From Vicugna vicugna (Eukaryota): a stretch of DNA of 64,000 bases. Positions within the stretch are counted from its first letter, which is position 1; each line of letters begins with the position of its first letter. Below the pieces are notes generated by a model. The model did no database searches. It had not been told where the DNA came from and saw only the letters and a program-made list of their open reading frames with translations. Location of the stretch: the NCBI GenBank assembly GCA_013265495.1, contig MU058650.1, positions 1,120,267 through 1,184,266 of the forward strand, given 5' to 3'. This document shows positions 52,814 through 64,000 of this stretch, one piece after another. Made by a program: the position numbers and the translations under genes.

Positions 52814-53429
52814 TGTTGGAACTAAACTCAGGTCTGGCTGCTCACTGCTCAAAAATCAATACTCGAGAGGTAAGTGTTTGTAGAAATGGAACATGTTGCT
52901 TTTAATCAGAAAGCCGGCAATCTGGGGGGAAGGCAGACTCATGTCCCAAAACCAACTCTGAAGATGCTGCTCAGCCATGAAAGTTTTTAAAGGAAAAAGG
53001 GAAAGTAATCACAGTCAATCACTGAGACAGGGGACCAGACTGGTTGCCATGTCCCACTGGGTGCAGGCTTGCAACTCCTCATGATCTTTCTTTAGATGCT
53101 ATCTTGTTCACACAATTTGCTCTTGAAATTGCTGAAAGAGAAGCTGGGGACAGGATCTGGTCATCTCTTGGATTACTTATCCTTTATTTCTATTTCTTTG
53201 GGAAAGAAAGGAAAGAACCTATCTAAGGAAAGAACCAACAGGTTAGGCAAGATATCGTGTGATCAAAAGATCTGAAAGCTGTGCTTGGGCCAGAGATGAG
53301 TAGAGCATTGGGGGTGCCTGGTTTAAGTTTAGTTACAATATAGCTTTGCTAAAGTGACCAGACAAAAGGAGCCTCCTGCAGAGAGCTCTTTCCTGCAGAA
53401 AGTTCTTTCCCTGCCAAAGGCTGCTTACA
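52814..53429 (-). mobile_element. ERV solo LTR (~615 bp)
   Basis: TGTT...TTACA termini and TTTAAT (minus-strand ATTAAA) near 52901. Interrupts an AT-rich MIR/L2-like end. Confidence 0.65.
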
Positions 53430-55460
53430 TTGTTGAATAATTAGTTAAGGAACTTCTGGCTTCAGATGCTCATGGGCAGCAGAGGATACCAGATACATAA
53501 ATCAGCAATTAAAGTAAAATAAGGCAATGATAGTTATCATTTATTATTATTATTAAGTGAGTACCATGTGTCAGAAATTGAGACCTAGAGGTATATAAAT
53601 TGCCCAGTGTCACACAGTTAATAAGTGATACAGTCAAACCCAGATTTGCTGACTCCAGAGTAAGCTCTTAAAGATAACTGAATACAGTCCCCAGATGGAC
53701 TTGAATGGAAGGAGTTATGGAGGTAGAAAGGAGAAGTTTCCTGATGCAGGGAGGCCAAAGACAGCACTAAGAGGGTGAAAAGGAATTGGGAATGACATTA
53801 TTACTACGATGGTGACGAAGGCAGCTTTTAAAAAGTAGCAGATTTAGACAAACAAGAAGGTGGGGCGGGCATTACAGGCAAAAAGAAGAGGAATTGAAAT
53901 CACACTAGGCGTGGCTGGCTCACAGAGGGTGTGTGGGGATGTGGTAAAAGAGCTCAGAGAGGTCAGCAGGGAGACACCATAGAGAGCTTGATGCCTACTG
54001 AAGAGGTGCGGTGCCAGGAAGCATGGGAATGCCATGATCCTTCTGTCACTGACGTGTGATGGAGGGGGTGGACACACCAACTAGGAGGCAACCGTAACTG
54101 TCCAGGCAACAGATAATGAGTGGCCACAGTAAGGATGGAGAACAGAGCCTGAAGAAATCTAGGAAGAAGTATCAACAAGGTTTAGCACGATTGGGTGTCG
54201 TGGGTAAACGGCATGGAGGAGTCCAGGCTAACTTCTGGCTTCAGGCTATGGTGACTGCATGAGAAATGGCCTATTCCTCTTGAAGAGTCTGGAGAGAGGA
54301 GCAGATCTGAAACGGAAAGTAATGAATTTTACACTGGACTTTTTTGTGCTTGGAGTGCCTCTAAGGCATCCAGATGGAGATGAGTCACTCAGAAGTGATT
54401 TTTTTAATATGTAGTAGTATCACATTTATTTAGCCCTTCCAAAAGTACAATATACTTTTCTGCATTAAAAAATCATTTTACATATAGAGATACAACGGTA
54501 TAGATTTATACCAGTGACCACAATTACAGTATCAGTCAAAAGATATCCTGGGCGTAAAGGCCAGTCTGCCACCTCACCTTGGATTCCATCCATTGGGCTG
54601 CACTGCCTCCATGTGTACCAAGCTGCAATAGCAGGAGGAGTTACAGCACCTACTTCACTGTTTTAGGAAACATTATAAATATTCAGACACTCGGAGACTA
54701 AAATAATGCAATGGGAAAGATTCTTAGTCTATATGGCCTTTCGGGAAAACTCTGGGAGCCATACCATAGTCTTGTATTTCCCAGAAAAGGAAAAAAATCC
54801 CTAACTAAGAAAAATAAATTCTGTGTTGGACTAAAAAAGAGTTACTCAGTAATCGGAAAGGACTTTATTCTTAGTTTTAATAATGTATCAATAAGTAACA
54901 GGCCAATTAGAAATAAAGGCTAGATAACTGAATCTCTATACTGTACAAGAGAAATGTATACAAGTTTGAATTTACACCTCGTGGGGAGTGATGGAAATGT
55001 TAGCTATCTTGAGTGCAGTGGTGGTTTCATAGGTGTGTACATCTATCCAAATTCATCAAATTGTACCTCTGAAATATGTGTAGTTTACTGTACAGGAATT
55101 ATACCACAATGAAGGTGGTTTTTTTTTTTTTAAAGAAACTAATAGAACATTGTAATTCAACCCCCTCCAAAAAAACTAGAAGTAAAATGTGATTATTTGC
55201 TATCCTACCTTCCTATGGTATTCATTCAGAAGCACTAAAGGTCTGAATTTCTGTCTAGTATTAATAAAAATAAAAGAGAGAATCACTAAGCATTACAGTC
55301 AGCATATACCGAAGATTTAGGGAAAAACACCAATGCAATAAAGGAGGATTTTTCTAACCTTTGGAGGAATAGATTTACACAAGTTCTACCAAGCATTGTT
55401 AGCACTTAGCCATGCAGACAGAGGAAGAAATGTCTGCTTTCTTCAAAAACAGACACCATA

Positions 55461-55625
55461 GGACGGGGAAGGTATAGCTCAGTGGAAGAGTGCATGCCTA
55501 GCATGCATGAGGTCCTGGATTCATTCCCAGTGCCTCCATCAAAAAATAAAAAAATAAATAAATAAATAAACAAACAAACAAACCTAATTACCATCCCCCC
55601 AGGAAAAAAACCCAAAAAACAAAAA
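55461..55625 (+). mobile_element. tRNA-derived SINE (Vic-like)
   Basis: A/B boxes and tail motif. TSD-like CAGACACCATAG / CAGTCACCATAG. Confidence 0.9.
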
Positions 55626-56345
55626 CCAGTCACCATAGAACTCCAAAAAGGAAGAAAGACTATGAGGAGGGAAAAGGGAGAAGCTGAAAGAATACACTGA
55701 TCAGGGATTTTAAGACTCAAATTCTCTTACCTTCTGAGTCTCTTGAAAAGAAAGTTGCACAGACTGTAAGTGAGGAGGTGGGATTTGAACCCAAGTAACA
55801 AAACTTACCTCTGTCTTCAAAGTCACCTTGTTTTTGCCTTTTAATAAAGATGTTTAGCTTTTAGCTTCTAAGACTCCAAGTTGAAAATGTCTGAACATGT
55901 CTCATCATCCACCAATCTGGAGAAGAATTTGTCTCCCCTAAAGGCATAACCTTAAATAAGAAGCAATCTAGGAAACAGGCTGCCTATCTTCCTATTAATT
56001 TATCTAATAATTAGAGACTGAGTGCTTACTCTGTGCCAGCACTGTTCTATTATTGCATGTATGCAGCATGGAAGATGGGGTGGGGAAATGACTTAATTAA
56101 TTAACTAATTAATCAATCAATTGCTTATTCATAGGTAGACCTTCAGGTAGTTATAAGTGCTAGAGGTGGGAGGGAAGGAATGGGAAAGCAGAAATTAGTA
56201 ATAACATTAAACCTGAAGTCAGAAGAACTAAGTGTTAGCTTGGCTTTGCCACAGGCTTGTGTTTGGTCCTTGGGCAAACCTACTCTCTCCTCTGGATCTT
56301 AGTTCTCACACATCAAATAAAAGTCATTTTAAAACATAGTGTATA

Positions 56346-56470
56346 GGGGGAGGGTAGAGCTCATGCTTAGCATGTGTGAGATCCTGGGTTCAATTCCCAG
56401 TACCTCTTTTAAAAATAAATACATAGATACATAAGTAAACCTAATTACCTGCACCCCCACAAAAAATTTT
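56346..56470 (+). mobile_element. tRNA-derived SINE with deletion in the A-box region
   Basis: GGGGGAGGGTAGAGCTCATGCTTAGC...GGTTCAATTCC...CCTAATTACC. Confidence 0.85.
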
Positions 56471-56699
56471 TTTCAAATTGGATTAACACAAAGGTTTATT
56501 TTCATTATTTTAAAAGGCTTACATAATTTGTTTTAAAGGAATTACTATTTTGAGTAAAATCAATGGCAATAGTTAAAACACATGCACAAATACATTTACA
56601 CACTTTTTGTTCGTTTGTTTTGGGTTTTTTTTTCATTTTTCAGTTTTATTTAGGTAGAATTATTAGATAAACAAAATTTCAAAAAAAATAGTATATGCA

Positions 56700-57965
56700 A
56701 CATATATGTTTATTCTTGTTCTTCTCCAAAACCTCAACAAGAAATAGAGTAAAGCAGTTAACCAAACAACAAACAAAAAGACTTAAACCCACAAGGACAA
56801 AAAGAACAGAAGAAAAGACAAGAGCAGACAAGGCTGTCAACCAAATTTTACAAGATAAAAGTATTTCAACAAGTGGTAACTGACTTAACAGGATTGAGGA
56901 AGCTGAAACCTCAGTGTGGAGAGAGACCAAAAACAAGTCACCAGGGAAAAAATGAAGTCAAAAGAAACAGACTAAGCAGAGACCAAAAGAGAACTTTGAA
57001 AATACCAATTAATGTTATCAGAAAGATAATGCAATCATATATTCATGAAATAAGAAGAGTATGCTGTAAAAAGGAAAGAAAAGAAAAGAATCAGAAAGCA
57101 ATAACAAAAACCTCTTGGAAATTAAAGTATAATAGCAAAAAGTTTAATTCAACAGAAAAATTGAAAAATAAAGTTGAGGAAATCAACCAAGAAGTGAAAC
57201 CATAAACAGTAAGTTTATACTGTATAGCACTGGGAATTATATTCAATATCTTATAGTAACTTATGGTTAAAAAGAATATGAAAACAAATATATGTATGTT
57301 CCTATATGACTGAAGTATTATGCTGTACACCAGAAACTGACACAACATTGCAAACTGACTATACTTCAATAAGAATGTATTTTTTTTTAAAAAAAAGTGA
57401 AACCAAAACACAAAAAGGTAGAAAATGGGAAAAAAAAACAGTAAGAAATTCAGAGGATATATCCAAAAGATCTTGCATCCAATTTTTAGGCATTTCAGGA
57501 AGAGAACAAAGAAATGGAGAAAAGGAAATTCTCAGAGAAAAAAACAATTAACAAAAAAATCCTAGAATTGAAAAGTAAGATTATTCATAATGAAAGAGCC
57601 CACAATGAAAGAAAAAGTCACATTATTATAAAGTTTTATGAAACCAGACATAAAGAAAGGATCTGAAAAGCTTCCAGACAGGAAAAAAGCAAATAGTTTC
57701 AAGATAACATTTTAGGAGTGACAATGGTATTGGACTTCTCAGCCACAACAGTGGAATCTAGGAGACAATGCAAAAATGTTTTCAAAATTGTGATGGAAAA
57801 TGATTTCCAGCCATAAAATATGATATCTGGGCAAACTATTAAGCAAATATGAGGGTAAAATAAATGATTTTTAGACTTGGAAGTTCTCAAAATGTTTTCC
57901 TCTTATACATCTTTTTTGGGATGCTGTTGGAGAATGTGATCCACCAAACCAAAAAAATTTATCAG
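56700..57965 (+). mobile_element. ancient L1 ORF1 / HAL1-like remnant, interrupted by a short younger L1 3' tail (~57205-57390)
   Basis: From 57733: DFSATTVESRRQCKNVFKIVMENDFQP, then YLGKLLSKYEGKI in a shifted frame. This resembles the L1 ORF1p C-terminal domain. Strong A-rich strand bias. Confidence 0.7.
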
Positions 57966-57979
57966 GAAAGAAATCTACA

Positions 57980-58150
57980 GAGGGAGGGGGTTTAGCTCAG
58001 TGGTAGAGTGAATGCCTAGCATGCATGAGGTCCTGGGTTCAATCCTCAGTACCTCCATTTTTAAATAAATAAGTAAACAAACCTAATTAGTCCTCTCCCA
58101 CTCCAAAAAAAAAAAAAAAGACAAAAAATTTTAAAAAACTTAAGAAAAAA
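57980..58150 (+). mobile_element. tRNA-derived SINE (Vic-like)
   Basis: A/B boxes, tail motif, poly-A. Confidence 0.9.
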
Positions 58151-58162
58151 AGAAAGGTATGG

Positions 58163-58700
58163 TGTGGCTGACGCAGTGGATTGACTCACTAAATAACTAT
58201 TATAACCTCCTCCTAGCGTGCTTCTCTGGTTGTGTAGAAGCTGGAAAGCTAAAAACTACATTTACCCAGTTTTCTTGAAGCTAAGACTTCAGTTTTGTTC
58301 TTCAGATGTATGCACGTAAGACTTGAATTGAGAACCGAGTTCGGTGGAGTATGAGGACATGACATGTGTGGCATCTGTCTCTGGTGGTGTGAGGACGGCG
58401 AGAGCCACATGGATCTAGATCCAAGACCTGCAGGAGCAGCATCCTGACTCCGGTGTCGAAGCCGAGAAGGTATGTTCCTGGAGATGGTAGTTGTAGCGTG
58501 GCTTCCTGATTCCCCAGCATCTTGATTAGGGCAGATCTGACTGCTCTCCAGTAGCCAGTCTTGTGCTGCGAGTCATCCTTCGGAGTCACCACGCAGAGCC
58601 TGCTCCTCCTGCCCTTTGGACATTATTTTCACCACTGAATTCCTGTGTTAAATCATTTTCTGCTTAAAATAGCTGGAGTGATTTCCATTGTCTACCTGTA
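58163..58700 (+). mobile_element. ancient ERVL LTR (LTR33/LTR16-like)
   Basis: GAAGCTGGAAAGCTAAAAACTACATTT...TTAAATCATTTTCTGCTTAAAATAGCTGGAGTGATTTC. Family assigned from memory. Confidence 0.6.
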
Positions 58701-61700
58701 TGCAAAAGGACTGCAGGCAATAGACTTTCAAGGATAGGAACTGGGGATCATGTGACCTGGATTTATTTGAAAGGAGTGCGATCTGTTATGATCAGAAGGT
58801 GGGACACAGAATCCATACCGATCAGTGGCATGTTACTTCAGTGATCCCCCATGTGAACTGAAATGAAGCGCCTCTGATAGGCACAGCTTCGGTGGGATGA
58901 ACAGCAAAAGCTACAGCACAGTGTGATGTGTGTAGTGAATACAAGAGCTGAGAGAGGTCCAGGTTCTTTTTTTGCTTCCCTGGGTCCCTTTAAATCCACT
59001 CTGCGGCATTAATTTTACCCCCACCCCCAACTCTAGATTAAAAATTCAGGCCAGTACTTGGACTTCTCAGGCCATTCTTAGATAATAAAAAGTCACTTCA
59101 GTCACTTCAAGTCACACAACGCACACTGGATTCAATAATAAAAATCTCCCACCCACGATTCAAAGTTGTGGCTTCTCCCCAGCTCCCAGTTCTGGCCTGT
59201 GGCAGTGAGAAGGTTGCAACCGGAGAAGAGAAGAAAGGTAGCTTCTGCCTCTACCCCACCTGGTGCTTCTCCTCCTCCTCCCTCATCTTGCCAGGCCAGG
59301 TTTTTTGGCCACTCTAGGGTCTGAGTTCAGGGAAGAGAAAAAGGAAGAGGAAAGAGAGCAGAAAAATTCACACCTAACTGGTACTGTTATGGTGATGCAG
59401 GGTCATGCTCTTCGGTCCCAGAAAAGGTCTTACACCAGCTCTTTTCTTCCGGAGCACTTTGGTAGATTTGGTGGGCCCCTCATAAATCCTCTATCACTAG
59501 AAAACTTTCACGTGCAAGTCCCGTGCCTGCATCTGTATGCATCCGTATTCTGGCTGAGTGCCTGCTACTTCTGCAGTCCACAGGCATCCAGTGGTGTGCA
59601 TCCAAGGAGTCCTCTTGGATGAAATCTAAGACACTTAGCCTCTCTCTGGCCCTCGCATATGCATGATTTCCTCCTTCCAGTCCATAGGAAACTCATCCTT
59701 TGCCTCAGGGAAGTAGAGAAATGCAGATTAGTCCCAACATATCAGCAACCTCTCCTTCGCTCTTCTCTTGGAATGGATACCAAGGCCCTCAATCTTAAGA
59801 CGTCTCAGATGGAGTTAAACCCATCCCCAGGCTGCCTGGGGCACATGTTGAGCTCTGTGAGTGGTTCTGCTCAGATTCTTTCACTTGAGATGAGCGTCAG
59901 GCATCCTTGGGGGGGGGCTGGGGGAGGAGAAGGAGCTCAGAGAAGACTTTCTGCTCTCCCCAAAACTCTGCTCTCACCCCATGACTTTTGTGTTCTTTCT
60001 ATGTGGCAGAGGTTTATGAGTTGAATAGCCAGTTTGGGGGTGTCTCTTGAAATTTTTGTAGTTTGATCTGATCACTTACTTTGGAATATGTTCTCTGTTA
60101 TACAAGGAATTCATTTGAAATTTCCATTATGTCGTGTTATACTTTGGCAAAAATAAAAATTAAAATGAGGGGCTTTCACTCCCTCATGGGAATGGAGATG
60201 GGAAAAATTTTAAGGTGTCTTCCAGCTCTAAAAGTTGTATGTGTGTGGGTGGTGGGAGGTTTATTTGAAGAGAAGAGGGAAATGCTAACAGTGATGGCAT
60301 CGTGAAAAGGAGGAAAGGTGTGGTGTGATGTGGTCAAGGATGGGTGTAGCAACAGTGTTCCCTGTTGACTCCCTGGATGCCTTGGAGGTCGAGGCTGAAA
60401 GGAGGACCACAGAAGACTTCAAAGAACTACTGGCCAGACACCATCATTTGAAGGGACCTGAAGAATGTGGTTTAGAAAAAGAAACTTTTTTTCTTCTTCA
60501 TTTTGAGAACTGTAGAATTTTAGGGAAAAACAGTTCAATATACTTTACTTTAGAGAGGATCATAATAGTGACTTTTTAATAATACACTGAATCTCTCTGT
60601 TTTTAATAAAACTAAATGAGTACTCTTTTACAGTAATTCCATGAATGTATTATTGAAGAATTCAGGCTACATTCAGGTTACTTATTCCTAATGAAATGTT
60701 GCTTGATAGAAAATGTTAGTAAAAGCCAAATCACTTCTTACGGAATAATCAGAGCCCAGGCATGTAGCTCTGATGAGGTGAATAGGTCCTGAATGCTCTT
60801 TGGTAGACTTCCAGTCAGAAATGACTGGCATCTGCAAAAGCTTAGACTTGGAAGAGAGCTGAGCATCTTTGTAAAGTAGAATTGTCAAATGTTTTAGATT
60901 TGGGATTAGAGGAAAATGTACTTCTATTTTCGCAGCTCAGAAATTCCAACAAAATTACTTTCCTTAAAGATCTTGAAATTCTTTGTGATGATTTATACCC
61001 TGACTTTTGGGTCATTTAATTTCCAGTGATGGGAAAGTGAAGTAAAGAAAGACTACAGTGATCGATCATCACATGAGTCACCCTCAGCAAAATCGTCAGT
61101 GTGATGGGTGAAAATTGCCACATCATTGACTTCATTTGCATCTCTTTGATTACTAGTAAGGCTGGGCATTCTTTCAGTGCTTAAGAGCCATTTATATCTC
61201 CTCGTTTGTTGAATTACCTGTTCATTGGTAGAACTGGTCTTTTGATAAATCAGATAGCAATATCCAGTAAAGTAGAGAAACTATGTTCTGGTCCCTCTCT
61301 TTTTTAATTTTGTATCTTAATGATATACTGCGCTTGGATGATTAGATTATAGGCCCCTAGCCATAAAACAAAACAAAACAAAAAACTAACCTCCATCTTA
61401 TATGTGACTCACTTTTAGATGTTTCTGCTGTAACTGCCGTGCTCTCTATTTTCAAGCATGAAATGGTTCTAAAAAGTTAACTGCTCTAAAAATAAAATTT
61501 TACCCTTGAAAGACAGATATCAGTGTTTAATTTGCTTATTAATTATAAACTTATGCAAGTTAACTCATTGCATTTTCACTTTGAATGGTTTACACAGACA
61601 TTTAGTTTCATCTGGTTTAAAATTTTTTCAGGTTATGTTCCTAAAATCATGCTCCATTATTGAACTTGGGGCTTTGAAAACCCTTTCATCTGTGTGCTAA

Positions 61701-61827
61701 AGTGAATTCCAAACTATTTCTTGAGGAAAATCTGGGCTCTGTCCAAGAGTATTTCCCTGGATTACCTCCATGCCCTACTAAGACTTTTTTGCCTTCAAAA
61801 GAGGTTGTCACTTCAATAAATTTTAAA

Positions 61828-61906
61828 AAGGAAAGGAAGGAAGGAAGGAAGGAAGGAAGGAAGGAAGGAAGGAAGGAAGGGAAGAAGGAAGGAAGGAAGG
61901 AAGGAA
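61828..61906. repeat. (GGAA)n microsatellite
   Basis: Tetranucleotide run with a few interruptions. Confidence 0.95.
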
Positions 61907-62445
61907 AAAATAAAAATAGGTTGTCAATTCTATTTGCAGCCCAGGTGACTATCAATATTTACAGTTCTAACTTTAACTGCACTCCAGGTACCTGGCGTTG
62001 AAAATAATATTGAATTTGTAGTATTTGTCCAAAGTGAGACAAGTAATATTTATGGAAGATTGATGAAAGGCCTATTCCTCTAGTTTATGCTAAGATCTAT
62101 CCCAGGAAAGACCAAACCGGAAGAGAGCCGGATCTCAGCCTCTCATCATCTGGTCTTGCTGATTTAAGCTCAGACATGATGTCATTGGTCCACACTGAGG
62201 GATATTTATATGAAACAGTCAAACTCACTGATCTCTCAGTTCCTTGGCCTCCTCATCTCCATTGACATTTTTAATCCACACCAGCACCTGAGGCCCTCAC
62301 TTTCCAAAGTCACACCCTGGATGTCATAACCAGAAAGTACCACCTCCAAATTCACAAATCTAACATCTCAGCCTCTTTGCTGCCCACCCAGCTCCTTCAC
62401 ACAAGTGGCACACTGCCACACTCTGCGTCTCATTAAGAACACCTA

Positions 62446-62478
62446 GCCACTGCCACCACTGCCACCACTGCCACCACT
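62446..62478. repeat. 9-bp tandem repeat (GCCACCACT)x3 plus partial unit
   Basis: Read directly from the sequence. Confidence 0.85.
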
Positions 62479-64000
62479 TTCAATCTATCAAGATTTTCTT
62501 GTCTTCACTTTCTCCCTTATCCACCTTAGGCACCATAGCCTAGATGTATGATCACTCATGTAATTAAAAATCCAAGGGCATGTCTTGTTTTAGCTATAGC
62601 TTGATGCTGGGGACAAGACAACGACAAAAGAACTGTATATTTTCTGAGTTTAAAAGCCTCTGCTTCCTCAAGGTTGATTCTGCTCCCAGGCAGGCCCTGC
62701 TCCCATGATGGCAAGGAGGCTGCATTCACTAGCCTCAAAACTCCAAGTTCAACTGAAACAGAGATTCTCTTTATTAATAACTTTCACTAAAGTCCGGGGA
62801 TTCACTAAGATTCCCTCAGAGGATGCACACTGCACCCCTCCCTCTTCTGGCTAGACTTTGGATATGATGGCTAGTGCTTAAGCAGCCATTTTGGAGGTGA
62901 AAGGCAAAACGTGGAGTGTGGCAGTGCAGCAGTATAGACAGAGCCTGGGTCCTCACCTTTGCAAAGCTGCCCTGCTGGTCCTGGTCAACCCAACTATATA
63001 CTTCTTTGACGTGAAAGAGAAATAAATTTCCATCATAGTTATGCCACTGTTATTTTGTTAATTTTCTTTCATCTGTCACTCACAGCCTAATCCAATCCTC
63101 ATCCATGCCAAGTGTATGGTGCTAAGATAGACCACGGCATTTGAAGGGCCACATATAGTATCATAATGTAAGAGCAAATATAAGGAAGTAGGAAGTGAAG
63201 GAAAATCCAACGGTGATCAAAACATCTATTTTATATTATCCTAATAAACTTAAACTTTGCTCTTTAAGCATTTGTGTGTGTGTGTGTGTGGTTGTATGTA
63301 TGTGTGTATACATACAGGGGGAATTTGAAATAGTTCAAGCTAGGCATAATATGATTTGATTATTCTATATGTTAGAAAAATTCTTCAAGTGATATGATGA
63401 ACATTTTAGAGGTGGGCAAGATCAGAGGAATTGAGTTTGTGGCAACTCTAGCAAGAGGTAAGGATCAAAATCAGGGCAACAACATTGGGGATGGCAAAGA
63501 GGAGAAAGATTTGAAAAATACATACAAGGCAGAATTGACCAGAATTTAGTCAACCTGAATGACTTCTGAAGCACTGGAGGCAAGTAGGCACTGTTACAAG
63601 ACCACAGCCAGCTGATGTTAGAGGTTCAACATGAGCCTTCCAGAGAGCTGACATGAAAAAAAGCAAATCGTTGTCGATTCCTCATTCACCTCTCACGTAT
63701 TCACCACTCACAAAAGTCACAAATGAATGTGCATTGGCGTGTACACGTGTTTAAATCACTGTTACATGTCAGTTATTATTTGGATCAATCCTTCCTCTTT
63801 TAACAAGCAAGATGTCTTCAATCTCCTGCCTCAGGTGTGCAAATGAACCGTAACTTTATCTTTCTACAACTCAACTTAGTCTTTATCTTGAGCCTTCATT
63901 CCACCTAATAACCTAATGTAGTTACTTAGGATTTTTTTCCCCAACCATTGCAGGTTTAAACTCTTGTCAATTCAGGATTTTTTTTCTCCCTCCACATGTT

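Noticed and set aside
747..58150. tRNA-like sequences as real tRNA genes
   Set aside because: They have TSDs, A-rich tails and a shared non-tRNA tail motif, and their stems are degenerate, so they are SINEs.
61686..62001. ORFs with KEGR/FLPS repeats
   Set aside because: Translation of the (GGAA)n microsatellite.
1..64000. CRISPR array, operon or prokaryotic defence system
   Set aside because: No regularly spaced repeat-spacer structure and no gene-dense coding; the sequence is clearly mammalian intron and intergenic DNA.
42000..64000. A second protein-coding gene upstream of SLC35F2
   Set aside because: No second CpG island and no recognisable exons; ORFs there map to L1, SINE or ERV remnants or to low-complexity DNA.

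Overview
Mammalian genomic DNA, most likely from a camelid (alpaca/llama/camel), judging by 12 copies of a tRNA-derived SINE that looks like the camelid Vic family. The window holds the 5' part of SLC35F2 on the minus strand: a CpG-island promoter and coding exon 1 (41166-41281), exon 2 (6090-6265) and exon 3 (1248-1375). All junctions are GT-AG and in phase, and the gene continues off the left edge. The other ~22 kb is upstream intergenic DNA. Almost everything else is transposable-element debris: L1, SINE, MaLR/ERV LTRs, hAT/Tigger MITEs, L2/MIR. I found no convincing new multi-gene biological system. The best observations are small: a tail-less retroposed 5' half of tRNA-Cys with a perfect 14-bp target duplication; a rearranged U1 snRNA retrocopy; a twin-primed inverted L1 inside a multi-layer nested repeat; an unidentified 3'UTR-like insert; a 119-bp dispersed local duplication near the promoter; an ERV-L dUTPase fossil; and an HNF1-like motif overlapping an in-frame upstream ATG, plus a (CCG)6 poly-Pro in exon 1. 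Repeat family names come from memory of consensus sequences and need Dfam/RepeatMasker confirmation. Repeat boundaries are approximate unless a TSD is quoted.
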